Position numbers and translations under genes: made by a program. From Synchiropus picturatus (lineage: Eukaryota), in assembly GCA_044231675.1 (NCBI GenBank), contig CM094664.1, forward strand, positions 14,168,162-14,232,161: a stretch of DNA of 64,000 bases. The letters run 5' to 3'. The notes beneath the pieces were generated by a model, which saw only the letters and a program-made list of their open reading frames with translations, was not told the DNA's origin and made no database searches. The number at the start of each line of letters is the position of its first letter. Position 1 is the stretch's first letter. This document shows positions 27,118-42,238 of the stretch, piece by piece.

Positions 27118-29761
27118 GTCGGTCGTCCTCTCTGAGCGACTTGTTACCAGACAGGAAACGTGTGTTTGGACGAAGCCGTTTGTGTTTGGCCTTTTTCTCA
27201 TTCCACCAGGACGATCGGCGAGGAAATGATTTGTTGCTGTGGTGCTACTACTGAATATGTGTGTGTGTGTGTTCCTGCTGCGGCACCATCCTTCTGGATG
27301 GAATTAGTTTCTGATGCGACCATGAATAATAAGGCGCCAGCGCCAAGCCGCAATATTTATTCTCACGCCCACACGCCGCCTGAACTCGTCACAAAACTCA
27401 CACTGTTCAAGAATATGTTGCATTCAGACTTTGGAAACTGTTGACTGCCACGTTCGTCGCCAAAATAGCGTCCGAAGCGTCGGCTGGATCTTCCTCCGCA
27501 GGAAACTTTCCTCCAAACTGTCTCCTGCTAACAACAGCGAGGAGTCAGGTTGAGTCCGGACGAATATAAACTGGGGCTGAGTGAACTCCAGACGAGTGGG
27601 GAAGAATAGCGACTGGGAGATTTTAGTTTTGTCTACAGCCCGTCGTCTGGAGAGATGAGACCACTAGCCTTACAAGTCACTCGAGAACTCGCCTGAATAG
27701 CAGCTACAGCACCCACAGACTCATGATATACTGAAACTAGCTTTGACTCCCTCAGTGAGTTGTGCTCATGTTGAAGGTCTGTGTGATTCAAATCGCAGTG
27801 TCGACGACGACTCCCGACGTCCCAGGTCTTGTCTTGAGTATCGCAAGCTAGTTGATGTTGATTACCTTAGCGGCAAAAGTAACTTCCTGTCAAACTCTGC
27901 ATGAAACTTGTGGGATGACTCTTGGTACTCACTCATGGCACTAGCTGTTCAAGTCATGGGGAACTTTCAGCTGCACCTGTGACCAAACGCAGAGTGGTGA
28001 CTCATTGGACACAAGTCGAAATGGAAAGCACAGCGTACAGTCACCATGACCAAGACTTTGAGGGCCCAAAATCCAGTCCAGTTTTTTTTAATGGTCTTGG
28101 TCCTTCCCTCATAGACATCTGTCTTGACTCGGCTTAGGTTTTCTCGACATGAGGCAAACTTGGTGATGACTCTCTCTGACAGTCGAGATCCAACCTGAGA
28201 TGACAAAATGAACTTTTAAAGACACCACGCAGGGATTCTGTAGACTTTTCTAATTGACACCTGCAACACAAGTCACTTTAGAACTCTCAACAACGTCAAT
28301 ACACAATGAATGAAGGACATATGAGGCTGAAGTGTGTAAATATGATCGAACACGCAACAATATTACTCGTCAAAACGTCCACCATTCTGCCACTGTGACT
28401 CACTTTGACACACTCTGACACACTCCAACTCACTCTGACTCACTTTGAGCCCATGCCGAGTGGTGATGAAAGTCTGGCGAGTACCAGTAATAGGAAAACT
28501 CTTTGCAGGACTTGCTATGACTCCTTCACTGCATAATAAAACTCAATAATCCGAGGCAAGACTCACATGAGACTCGTGGTTTCGATGCAACTCGTCAGCT
28601 ATTACCTGAAGCAGCACTCGCAGTTTGACTAGAGAACTCACTATGACTCATCAGGCTGGCAATGACTCTACAACTCATGGACCTCCTCCACATCATCCAA
28701 AAAACTGTGGCCCAAAGTTTCTAGAAGCTGCTGTACGACTTCAGGATGCTAAAGTTCTAGTCACTGGCTCCATGTTTGTTAAAGGACTCGGGGAGACTGG
28801 GACCAGATCACTGCGGTGTGGACGATGATCAGAGTGATAACCGCGACCCCCGCGGAGCCGACGCAGGAAAGAAGGGCGCGGAACCAATCGAGTGGCGTCT
28901 GGTTGCTTGGGCAAATCTCAGCACAATTAATCGGACAATTACGAGCATTATGAAGCTTCTCCTGCGGGCACCGACACCGGCGCAGCAGACAGTGAATTAA
29001 ATGTAGGGACAAATATTGAACCAGCGGCACATCCCCCCGCCAGATAAGGAGCCTGCTCCAGCGAGTTTAATTAAATGCTCGCTTGTTTCTGCGCTCGCTG
29101 CCCTGCATCGGATCGACTCGTCAGAGCAGCAGAAAAATACACCAGGAGAAGCTGCAAACATCCGCTCCAGCGCTGCGTGTGTGCTGGTGATTGAATTCGT
29201 GCCCTCGAGATGTTGTGCAGGGGTGAACATGTACTGGTGAGTTCAATGGGGCGGTCAGTGTAGCTGAGTTACTGTAAGTGTGTGGTGAGTCGCTGACACC
29301 AGATAAACATTCTCAAGTCAGCGTTTTCACACTTGACCTGCCGTGACCCTGACCAGCCCCCCAAAATATAAGCTTATGCTAATTTACGAAACTTTTCTTT
29401 GCATTAATTATGGATTTCTTTCTTGCTATAATTTGTTAAGATGATATTTAACTTTTTTTATCTTAGGTGTTCAACTTTTACATCACAATTTTCATTTACG
29501 GGTCTTTTCTTTTTTATAGTCATGAAAATAACGTTTTAAATGCTTCTATTCACAAAGATACATTTAGTTAAAATTCACATAATGGCTGCTTTTCTCGAAA
29601 AACTTGTGTTTTAAATAAAACGCAACAAAGACTACAAATATGGCCACACTGCAACTCTGCTCCAATTTCAACAAAATCAAAAATCACCTTTCCTCTGATG
29701 AATTTCATGATTTCATTTGTGTTTTTAATATTTACATTGAAAATAAATGATTTAAAAATAA

Positions 29762-30100
<339 letters not shown>

Positions 30101-31191
30101 TAAGTTGGACTCACTTAATTTCAAGTTTAGCACGTCCACTGTGACAACCACAATGTGACAAGAACAATACAATGCCACAAAATGAATCAACCTGTTCATT
30201 CAACTCTTCTTTGTCGAGTCAGATGTTGAGCCCTTCTTAGTAAGAGGGAGCCCTCTGGTGATGTAACACATTGATAAATAAACAATTCTCTATTGTTTCA
30301 CTCGCATCCCACTAGGGCGAAAAAACCCTAGAAAAGAGGTGCGGTTAAGTTGTCAGCTCGTACACAGAACTTTATAACCAGACTCTGTAACCTGAATGAA
30401 ATGAGGCTTGTGACTCATGGGTTAGTTAACAGCACGAATCTATTCTATAGTAGAAGTTTGAACCAGCATCATGTGTTCACGCCGCCGCCTCATCGTAGAC
30501 TTTTCTGATGACTCAGCACATGCAGACTGAGATGTGTTTTCTCTGAATCTGAGTTATTTGACTGTATTTGGTTCTGACAGATCAAATTAGGGAATCAGAA
30601 AGCCAGGAATATGCAGAGATGACAAACCATAGGTGATAAACTGACGCGTAACAGAAACAGTGGAGGTGAACTGATGACTTTGTCGCCCTCCAAGGAGAAA
30701 TTAAAGCGAACAAATAAAAGCGGTGGAGAGATTCTGTCGTCACTCTTTCTCTGGCTTTATTGGCCATTCCCTGCCTCCGCTCGTCTGCGGCGGCTAACTA
30801 CTGCTAATATTTCAGCTCCAGAGCCTCCTGTTAATATCTGTGTAACGACGTCGCTGAACCGAGTCGCATCATTTCGGATGAGTTGGACTCGGATGAATGT
30901 CTCTGGGGAAACGTTTTGGGTTGGTGAGGAGAGGAGACCGGGGGAGTCGCAGTTGACTCTGGTCAGGTGAGCGAGCGCTCTGGAGGAGAGAGATAAACAG
31001 CTGCTGCGGGTCGGCTGGATTAGTGCTCTTTACTGGTGTCAGGAGGGAACATGGGTTGTTGGCGTGACGAGAAGGTAACCCTGCATGAAATACCAGCCGG
31101 CGGCGGGAGTCAGCTGACCTGGAGCCAGCTGCTCCGAAACTTCTCTGACTAGAAGTTTCTGCCCCAGACTTGTCGAGCTGAGGTCTTATAG

Positions 31192-31990
<799 letters not shown>

Positions 31991-31998
31991 TCTTCTAG

Positions 31999-32193
31999 AG
32001 GAGACCACCTGGATGGTGATCAGGCACAACAACACGGAGCTGACCAGAGTGCGATCGCGAGCGAATCCACACGTCGTCCACTTCAACTACGCGACGGAAG
32101 AGCAGCAGATGTCGGCCGTCCTCGGCCAATCAGACCACTGCGAGCAGGAGCTGTCGTATCAGTGCAGGAAGTCCCGCCTCCTCAACACTCCAG
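31999..32193 (+). CDS. cntnap2: CNTNAP-like exon 13: fibrinogen-like region ([24 protein letters not shown]...SDHCEQELSYQCRKSRLLNTP)
   Basis: Matches Caspr2 [23 protein letters not shown]...[21 protein letters not shown]. ctAG acceptor, GTGCCC donor. Confidence 0.9.
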
Positions 32194-32963
32194 GTGCCCT
32201 CCTAAGGATCTTCTGTCTCCGCTCCACATCCTAATTACTGCTGAGTCAGGAACTATGGAGCAACAGAAGCTGCTCTGACCAGACGTAAAATCATTTCAGC
32301 GGCAAACAGAATCAGACTTCCAGCCTGATGTTGTAAACCGTGTTTTTAATATTATTCTGTCTCCCCCACTTTCCTCACATTCACCCTAATAACATTTCCC
32401 TCACGCCGCCAGCACTCGGGCTGGCGGCACACAATATTCAGCTGTCTGGTGTCGCCGTGAAGATTTCTTCATCTGTGGAGGAAACAACAACAGGTCTCGT
32501 GACTCATTCAGAGGATGAGTCCTGAAATATTTTCCATCTTTGGAGATCGGAAATAAAAAGATGAAAAGCTGTGCATGGTGATAAATAAATAAACAATTTC
32601 AATAATTTCTCAGCCTAAAAACCAGGTGTAAATAATTTGTTAAATTAAATTAAATTATTTTTATTAAAGCAATCGATTGTTTTCATTAATAAAAAAAAAC
32701 AATTAGTCCCAATAAATTAAAAACAAAAATATAGCAAAAGAAAGTGAAACTAAAGTGGCACTAGGTTAAAAAAAAACAAAACTCTGGAGAGAAAAACAGC
32801 CCTTCAAGAAAGAAAAACTTGAATAAATGATAATGAGGACTAAAATAAAAGAAAGATAAAAGAAAACGTTGGTTTAATAAGGATTAAGAAAGATTAATAA
32901 AGTCAAAATGGAATGCGAGGCAGAACCAACATTCATGTGTCACTTGTGTGGCCTGTCTTCCAG

Positions 32964-33126
32964 AGGGCTCTCCCTCCAGCTGGTGGTCCGGTGGTCCCGG
33001 TCCAGGTCGTCGTCAGAGTTACTGGGCCGGCGCTCAGCCAGGAAGCCAGCAGTGTCGGTGCGGCCTGCAGGGCGACTGCGTGGACCCTCATCACTACTGC
33101 AACTGCGACGCCGACCGCTCCGACTG
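32964..33126 (+). CDS. cntnap2: CNTNAP-like exon 14: fibrinogen-like end (EGSPSSWWSGGPGP...QQCRCGLQGDCVDPHHYCNCDADRSDW)
   Basis: Matches Caspr2 DGTPFTWWIG...[27 protein letters not shown]. tccAG acceptor, GTACTG donor. Confidence 0.9.
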
Positions 33127-33504
33127 GTACTGTTCCGACCTCTAGCGTGTGCGACAGCGGGTCAGGGAGGGTAAGCTGGGAACAGTCTTCTCTGCCGCTG
33201 TAAACGAGCCTGCCGCTCCGCTCCCGTCCGTCTGTACAGCAGCCTCTATTTTTAAAGAGCGCAGCAGCTCTTCAATATTTCAGCAGAGTCACAAAGTGCT
33301 GCCGGCCCGTTTATTTCTGCACATAATCTTCCCGACAACAGCAGAACTGCAGGAGCTTATTTTAAAGCTGCGTTTGTTCTCACGGATTTCAGGGTCGAGT
33401 TTGGTGACTCGAACCCTATGTGGCAAGAGAACTTTCCAGATCTCAACTTTTTAAATGAAAGTACTTGAATCTCCAAGTCTGATCCTTTACTGGTCTTCTC
33501 TCAG

Positions 33505-33632
33505 GAACGAAGACTCTGGTCTGATCACCCACAAGACAAGTCTGCCCGTCAGGTCTTTAGTCTTGGGCGACGTCAACAGACCTGGGTCGGAGGCGGCCTA
33601 CAAGGTGGGCCCGCTGCGTTGCCACGGAGACA
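33505..33632 (+). CDS. cntnap2: CNTNAP-like exon 15: LamG3 start (WNEDSGLITHKTSLPVRSLVLGDVNRPGSEAAYKVGPLRCHGD)
   Basis: Matches Caspr2 [43 protein letters not shown]. tctcAG acceptor, GTAAGT donor. Confidence 0.9.
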
Positions 33633-33684
33633 GTAAGTGCATCTAAATTCCACACCAGGATGCCACCACTAGGTGTCGCTGTGA

Positions 33685-33927
<243 letters not shown>

Positions 33928-35418
33928 TAAACATACATTACTGTGTTTATCACATGCTAGCATGAAGCTACATGTTCGCCAGCATCATTTCCTGTATTTC
34001 AAATGTGTTTTGGATCTTTTTGAGTCAGAATCAGACTTTAGTCAGGATGTTAAACCTGGTCAGTGCTCTGAGAGACTCGAGTTGCACTCCAGTCACAGGG
34101 CTCAAGTCGAAGCCTCATGAGTTGTTTATTGTTGACAACAGAATTCAGAGCTCCTGATTAAAGAACCCTGGTTCCACGTGAGTGAGTTTCACAGCAAGAA
34201 GCTAAGAGACAAGTGCGTAATTTTAGGAGCGACATGTGTCGGTGTATCAGGAAGAGAACAAATATCCCGCAGCTTCGCTGCAGTTTGGGGTTTAGTTTAC
34301 GAGGGTAATAACCTGCTCGCTGTCGTTTGGTTTACGGCGTCGTTGAATCGTGGCGAGGTCTTTTACGGCCCTCTGTCGAGGGTTCCGTCTGAAATACAGC
34401 TGCGCCGGCGTCCTTGCGGCATCGGGGACGCGACCCAACACACTGCTGATTCTCCGCAGAGCCTGCGTTTAAACCGCAGGAGGAGGGTTCCAACACAAGC
34501 TAATCCGGAGTCGGTGGAAGCACCTCTTGCTTCCTTCTCCGGGGAAATCACATGCTGCTGCTTCAGTCGCGGCTCACTTGAAGATGCAGTCGAGGAAATG
34601 AAGTTATAAAGGAGGCGCCATTTTGCTTCATGGCTGTTGGCAGAGAGGGACGTTGGTTCACTTCCCAAGAACTTCTTCTCTCCATCTCCTCTGTTTCTCC
34701 GACCTTTCAAGCTTTACATACTGAAGAGCACCTGAGGTCTGCAGCCTGATGGTGTGTGTTTTTGCTGGGATTTATGTTGTGTTTATGTGTATTTTGTAGC
34801 GTAGTAACGTGGTAGCATAGTGTGTTTTTTATGTGTGCGACCCTTGATGTAGGTGTGTGTCTTTTTGTTTGTGTGTGATGAGAGCTTTGGTGTACATTAA
34901 GTGAATCTGAACACGGCCGTAAGTGAGGTTGTCTCCAGGTGTTTAGGCGAGTGTGAGACTGACGTGTCTGTGGTGAAGGCGGAGCTGAAAGTTAAGTTGA
35001 AGACAAAAGAGTCTGGCTGCTCCGCGTCGCACACGTGTTGTTGTTGCTGGCGAGTAATTAAAAGACTGGTCTGGCCTCCGACACACAAACTTCCAGACGC
35101 TTGTTATCCCTGGCGTCTCTGCAGAAGCTTCTCCGTCGCCTCGCTGCCGGGCAGGACTTGTTTGTGTTGAAGATTCAGTAAGACTCATTATCGTTGTTGT
35201 TCCCATCCTCTAAAGTGAAACGTTGCTGTGGGACCTTTGAGGAGTCAGAGTCCTCTGGAGTTTCTTCCATCAAACGCAGATTGATTTTAGAATTATAGTC
35301 GTCTCTAATCATCCGGGCTTCAGAGAAACCATCTTCTGGCTCAGCTCTTTCATCCTCCGAGATGCTTGACCTCCTTCCCCTGGGGAAGATCTCATCTATG
35401 TCTGGCTACTGTTCCTAA

Positions 35419-35718
<300 letters not shown>

Positions 35719-35813
35719 TGAAGAATAGTTCCATGTGTAATGACTTTGGGTCGGAACCAATTTTGTGTGTTTTAATCCATGCATGTGTGTGTTGTGCATT
35801 CAAGTGTCTGAGA

Positions 35814-35834
35814 CACACACACACACACACACAC
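35814..35834. repeat. (CA)10 microsatellite, CNTNAP intron 17
   Basis: Direct read. Confidence 0.95.
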
Positions 35835-37973
35835 TTGCTGAAGCTTGTTGTCTCATGGAAGCTTCCCTGTCGCCTCGCTGGTGGGCAGAAACTGTTTGGG
35901 TTGTCATTCCGCTGTCCAACCTTCACAAAGACTTGGTGTGTGCCAGTTTGTGGGTGTGTTTTTATTTAGGTGTGTGCTGGAGTGGGAGCTTTGGTGCGCC
36001 TCTGTGTGTAGTGCAGTGTTTGTTTAGGTGTGAATGCATATTTTCCGCCATGATGCCCAGTTCCACCTCAACACCTGTGAGTTTGGCAGCACCTCCTCAT
36101 GTGTTTCTCTTGCTCCCATGGTCGACACTCTCTGACTGATGATGAAGTCCTCAGCGTCTTGCGGTCATAAAAAAAATCACCCTGCTCGCTCGGCAATATT
36201 GAGATTGCTGCGTTTAATCTACGCCAGAATAAATATTCAGATGAGGCCGGGTGAAAGTCATCAGCGCTTAAAGAACGCTGAGTCAGCTCTGCCCGACCAC
36301 AAAACAATAATCGCCAGTCATAAATTTGCAGCACCAAACGCTTGAGTGGAAGGCAGAACTCCAAACAACTCCCAAATTTAGGTATTCAGAGCGGAGGCAC
36401 TGTGTTACTGTAAACACGCCGAGTCGCTCCAAACTTGAGTCACAATTTTGAGTCCGATAGGTGCCATCCAGAGGGCGCTGTAGATCCATCCCTATGTTCC
36501 AGACTAGAATCCGAGACTCCAGAGAAGGCGAGACTTGTCAAACTCTACCAGACTCCCTGAACTCTCGGGTACAAACACATCCGAGTGAGTCCTGAAGGCT
36601 GGAACGCTTCACATGTATTTCAAATCACGGGACGTGAATTCTGCTCTTCAGCTCAACACTTCAGCTCCTGATCTCTCTTCTATGTTTTCAATTGAAAGGA
36701 CAGGAAATGGATCGACAACAAACAGCCTCCTTCCTTCCTGCTGACGTCCTACATGCTGATTCGGCCTTTAAGTGAAAGTGCTGAGTCATGTTTTTGACGG
36801 TTAGCTGTGATTACTAACAACGGGGCGTGTTAGAGCTCGACTCCTCACCGATCAATACTTCATCTATCAACGCACTCGATCGGTGGGAATCTATACGGTT
36901 CTGCACCAAGACTGGTGTGAGTCTGTGGGGCGGCCATGTTGCTGTTGGCAGGGATCCTGGTGGCTATTGATCTGCTGGGTGTGATTCTGGGCCGCTTCGT
37001 CATTGTGTGATGAAAGTGGTTCACGCTGTACAAACCACATTTCTAGGGATTCATAAAACATGATTCTGACGTGAGCCTCAGTCAGAGTGTTTCAACTGTA
37101 ACAGCTACAAGATTCCGTCTCTGCTATGTAAATGTCTAACGAGGCAGCGTCAGAAGTTTGACTTTGTCCAAGGATCAAAGCTCGCAGCAGGAGGTCCGCG
37201 AGAGCCTCCAACCAACTCCGATCCAGCGGGACGATTAAAGTCTCTCACCTGACGAGAGCAGGAAATAGAAGCCAGCGAGTGGGTGAACGCAATTAGTGAA
37301 ATTATTCTTCAAAGACGATCTGAGTTTATCAAAACACAGTCAAGACTTCGACTGAAACCTTTGAATCTGAGCGGGATTTTCACTCCAGATCACAGTCGAA
37401 CCACAGTTTTTTGGCACATTTCCACAGAGATGTGTGAGATGTGGACACAGTGCAGCGAGCAATAGGGCGCCACAGGGATCCACCCTAGGGACCTTATTGT
37501 CAAAATACAATTTTTTTTTTGATTTTTTTTTTTCTAATGTTAAACGCAGGTTATGAAAGTGATGCATCAGCAACATTTCAAGACATTGTTGAGGAGTTAT
37601 TTTTAACACCACTTTGTTTGCAGAGAAGTTGAATAAAAGAGAGTCTTGTTTGTCATGAAAAACAAAAGGAAAAGGACAAAGAAAATAATGCACGAGTGAA
37701 AAACATCAATGCAAACGTTGAATTTTACATCAGTGAAACACGTCAGACTCAACTTGAGGAGAAACTGTCACAAATGTTTACAAAAAAATCAAATCCACTT
37801 AATGGAAAACCCATCTAATGAATATCAAATACAAACAGTAGAACAGGAAAGGATGAGAAGTTCCCAAAAACAATGACAAAAGCTTCAACTGGTGGAAAAT
37901 AAAATGTGACAAATGTTGACAAATACCTTGAAAAAAGTCAAAATCTTGACAAAAAAAAAACATAAAAAGCTAA

Positions 37974-38339
<366 letters not shown>

Positions 38340-38383
38340 TAGAGCCCAGTTGCCTCTATCTCTCTCTGCTCTCCATCATCCAG

Positions 38384-38608
38384 AGGTGTCGGCCAGCTTC
38401 ACGCCACAGACCTCAGTCAGCTACACCTTCAAGGAGCCATACGAGTTGATGAGGAACAGCAGCGCTGCACCGTCCTCCATCTACTCCGACATGACGCTGC
38501 GCGGAGAGAACGTCTCCCTGAGCTTCAGGACCAGCCAGAGTCCAGCTCTGCTGCTCTACGTCAGCTCCTACTACCGAGAATACCTGGCTCTGCTGGTCAA
38601 CAAGCACG
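38384..38608 (+). CDS. cntnap2: CNTNAP-like exon 19: LamG4 start (EVSASFTPQTSVSYTFKEPYELMRNSSAAPSSIYSDMTLRGENVSLSFRTSQSPALLLYVSSYYREYLALLVNKH)
   Basis: Matches Caspr2 [63 protein letters not shown]. tccAG acceptor, GTGAGG donor. Confidence 0.85.
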
Positions 38609-38697
38609 GTGAGGACCTGGGCTGATGCTGCTCTCTGGACATGCACTTCTACCACCAGGTTTTTATGGTGCATCTCTGTGTGCGTGTGTGTGAGAAG

Positions 38698-38831
38698 ACA
38701 AGTTGGAGGTTCGTTACAAGCTGGACAGCAACAAAGATGCCGACGTGTTGAGGAGTCGAGTGAAGAATCTGGCCGACGGGCAGCTTCACTCTGTCATTAT
38801 CCAGCGGCAGAGCCAGAGTGTGTTTGTACAG
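38698..38831 (+). CDS. cntnap2: CNTNAP-like exon 20: LamG4 (DKLEVRYKLDSNKDADVLRSRVKNLADGQLHSVIIQRQSQSVFVQ). The acceptor is ambiguous: tandem gAG|aAG sites, so the alternative start is 38695.
   Basis: Matches Caspr2 [49 protein letters not shown] donor. Both candidate acceptors keep the reading frame. Confidence 0.7.
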
Positions 38832-38834
38832 GTA

Positions 38835-38848
38835 CACACACACACACA
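38835..38848. repeat. (AC)7 microsatellite immediately after the exon 20 donor
   Basis: Direct read. Confidence 0.9.
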
Positions 38849-40589
38849 CGTCTGATACCTTGCTGTAAACAAGTCCAACATCAATAAAGTCGGTGCTAGA
38901 AACAGATGCTAATGGCTGCAGTACAGAGGTCCACTCACTTCCTGTCATGTGACCCCTGTTGACTCCAACTAGAGGAAGTAGATTCTCACGTATATGAGTC
39001 TTACTCACTTCCTGTTGAGTATAGTGAGTCCACAAAAGAGAGTCACCTGAGTTCAGTCAATAGATGCTGCTCTGCTAGTCGACACCTGTTAGCCTGAGTT
39101 GACGGTGCCCCTTGTGGACGATAACATTGTCGACCGGGTTGAGTCGCTTTACTGAACCCTTGTCAGCTGGAGGAGGCCACGGGCAGAGCCAGCACTGGAG
39201 CGCCATAAATCATCTCCAACAATAAACATCACCAACACTATCACGCCGTTTCCTCGTCAGCTGGTAATAAACGCCGTCGTGAACGTTCCGCCGGCAGCGA
39301 CAGTTAATCTCAACTGCCAGAGTTTAATTTTAATTACTGATGAACGATCTGACGCTGGGTAAAACCTGTCGTCTCCACAGCCCCGAGCCAACACTTCAAA
39401 TATGATTTCCAAATCCAACTGCAGACAGATGAAGGCGACGCTCGGTTGTGGGCGGCATTACGAGCTGAAGGAGAAGGTGACCTTGTCTGAGAGTGACGCT
39501 GGCGAGTGGGACTCCCGCGCACCACTCTCCTGCAGCCGCCGCTGCCGTCCGCCACAGTCGCAGTCACCTGAAATGGGCCGTTTTTACTGACTCCAGTGTG
39601 ACTCACTCTGTACCACTAGAGGATTCTGCAGATGTGTGGGACTCTGTGAGTCCAACTTTCCTCCTCTTAAGTTAGTTCAGGCCGTGAGTTTCTGTCGGGT
39701 CGCATGACTGGAGTCATTTGAATTGTGACTCAGGGGTTAATGCGACTGATCTTGACTGTAATATCACACAGCGCTTTGACTCCTCCAGATAAATTAAGAA
39801 TCTCACCGTGCACTCTCCTGCCCATCATCATCCTCCTCATCCTCATCATCCGTGGCGTGTCAGTTACTCAAACATCAGATCCAAGACTTCTTCTGCCTCA
39901 GATCGACTCGGTGGTTCAGGAGCGCTTTCATGTTTCATCTGGGCTGCTCAGCAGGATGGTTATTTTAATGAGTCTCACTGTGTGGTGGGGAGTCAAGGTC
40001 TGCAGTTAAGACTCTCATGAGTTACACGCTGATATTCTTACATTCCGACGCTAATCGGCCAGGAGAGAACCGCACGAGTCAGATTGACTTGGCAGAGCGG
40101 AGAGATTTGTTACATGTTTCTGGCCTGACTCTGGGTCTGCCCTGTGGCCTCCTCCCTGCTGGAGATGCCTTTTGAAATTCCCCCTGGTGAGTCACTCTGT
40201 ATCTTCCATCACCCAAGAATATTTTCCTTTCTGACTCACTGTTCTTAACAGCATCTGAGTCAGACCTCAGGTGCCAAACTTTGTAAGGACTCCCAAGAAC
40301 TTCCTGGAGTTGTGAATCATATCCAGATGCATGGGCATCAGGTGGAACTCTGTGGTTTGACTCTTAAAAAAAGACTCAAACAAAAAATGTGTGGCTCTTC
40401 TTTTGACTCACAAGAACAGACTGTTTTCATGTATCCTTCTAAGACTTCTATATGTGCCGAGCCATCCGAAGCAGACCTGAGTCCCTCGACCTATTGACCA
40501 GGTTTAACCTCCTCCACTGACACTGCAGCACAATGCTCCTGAATAAAAGTGACTCTAAAACTGCTTTAATGACTCTGATTTCTTCTCAG

Positions 40590-40677
40590 ATCGACCAGAA
40601 TCCTGGGGAGGAGTTGAACCTGACAACTGATGGAGAATTCAACGCCATCAAGTCGCTGGTGCTGGGCCGAGTTCACG
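40590..40677 (+). CDS. cntnap2: CNTNAP-like exon 21: LamG4 (IDQNPGEELNLTTDGEFNAIKSLVLGRVH)
   Basis: tctcAG acceptor, GTGAGC donor. Phase links exon 20 (phase 0) to exon 22. Corresponds to Caspr2 [29 protein letters not shown]. Confidence 0.8.
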
Positions 40678-42238
40678 GTGAGCAAGGCTTCAAATCTTGA
40701 ATTTAAATAAGAGTTGTCAGACAGAGAGGAGCATCTGGAGCAGGCTCTCACACGGCTGTAGGTGTGGTGAGTGTTGAGTGAGTCACTGGTGCTCCACACT
40801 AGATCTTCTGTTCCTCCGTGATGTTGCGAGGGTCGACGTGTGAACTGACCCGGCCGTGTCAGCGCGTGCGACCCCTCCTCCCTCCGTCTCACCGGTGCAG
40901 CAGATCAGCAGCAGGAAGTGGATTTTCTGTCTCCAGCTGTCGCCACCGTCGTCCATCAGCCTGACTAATGGACCCATGGAGAGTTTCGGCTTCTCCAGCC
41001 GACACGGTGAACGTCACCTATCAGTCAAGAGAGCAGACGGCGATGCAGCTGGTTACCGTGGTGATGTCGGCCGGCGCAGCTGCTTCGCTGAATGATGGCG
41101 GGATGGAGGAGGAGAGGGGGGAGACATCACTCTTCTGACCTGACAAACACAAGTTTTATTGTGGCTCACGAGGAAATAAACTCAGTCCAGAAGCACCAAA
41201 TCATTATGACCATCTGCTACTGACAGGAGGATCCTCTCGTCTGCTGCCACAACTCTTGTCTATCACTTCCTGCGCGGCTTTTGACTGACATGGAGGCAAA
41301 TAACTCGAAATAGAGAAGTGTAAAATGGTGGCTATTTTTACAAGGAGAAGGAATTTTAGTTTTTTTTATTTATTTTTCGAATTCCTGTTTGTGTTATTTT
41401 CTCATTCATGAAATTAATTTCAATTGATTATTTTATAGTATTTTGTTAGTCATCTAAAACATATATTCATATATATTTTTCTTTCAAAATGTTGTCTTTA
41501 CTTTGGATCATTTCAAGTAATTATGAAGTTATTTGAGGTCTCTTTGTTTTAAATGAATGTGAAATATTGTTTCATTTTGATTTGTTTTCTTCTCTAATTT
41601 CTTATGACTTCTTCTCATATTTCATTGTTGTTTTTATTTTTATGTTTAGTCCCAGTACAATCATTCTTAATTTATGATAGGCCTCTTATTTTTTTGCTTT
41701 GTCCTAAATTTATTATGATTATGTTTATTTTTAGGTTTGTTTTTTCTCATTTTGTGATGTAAATTTTCTTCCATGTGGTATCAGTTATTTTTATTTATTG
41801 TTTTCAACAGAGAAAAAAATAAAATTAATAGAATAAAATATGGAACATGTAGAAAATATTAACAATATTTACTTTTTTTAATGACTTTTCAGGACAGTAA
41901 AGGCATCTGTCGTCTCAGTTCTGACCTGTCAGACAAAGTTCAGGGTCGAGACACAACTGTGTCACAGTGACCCACATTCTAGTGACGCCCAGCGACTCGG
42001 CTGATGCTCTGACTTCCTCTCATGGCTTTAATTAAGCTAAGAAGTTACCCCAACTTTAAGAGTTTATGATTTTGTCTAGAAGCGTGAAATCGGCACCGGC
42101 TCCGGCGCCCAACCATGGAAATGTGAAATTAAACAAGTTTCAAGTTCGCAGAGAAAACCTTTTGAAATGATGAAACTGGGAAAGTTCTGGACCATTTGCA
42201 TTCCTTTCATGTGATTTTCCATTATTGTGTGATTCCAG

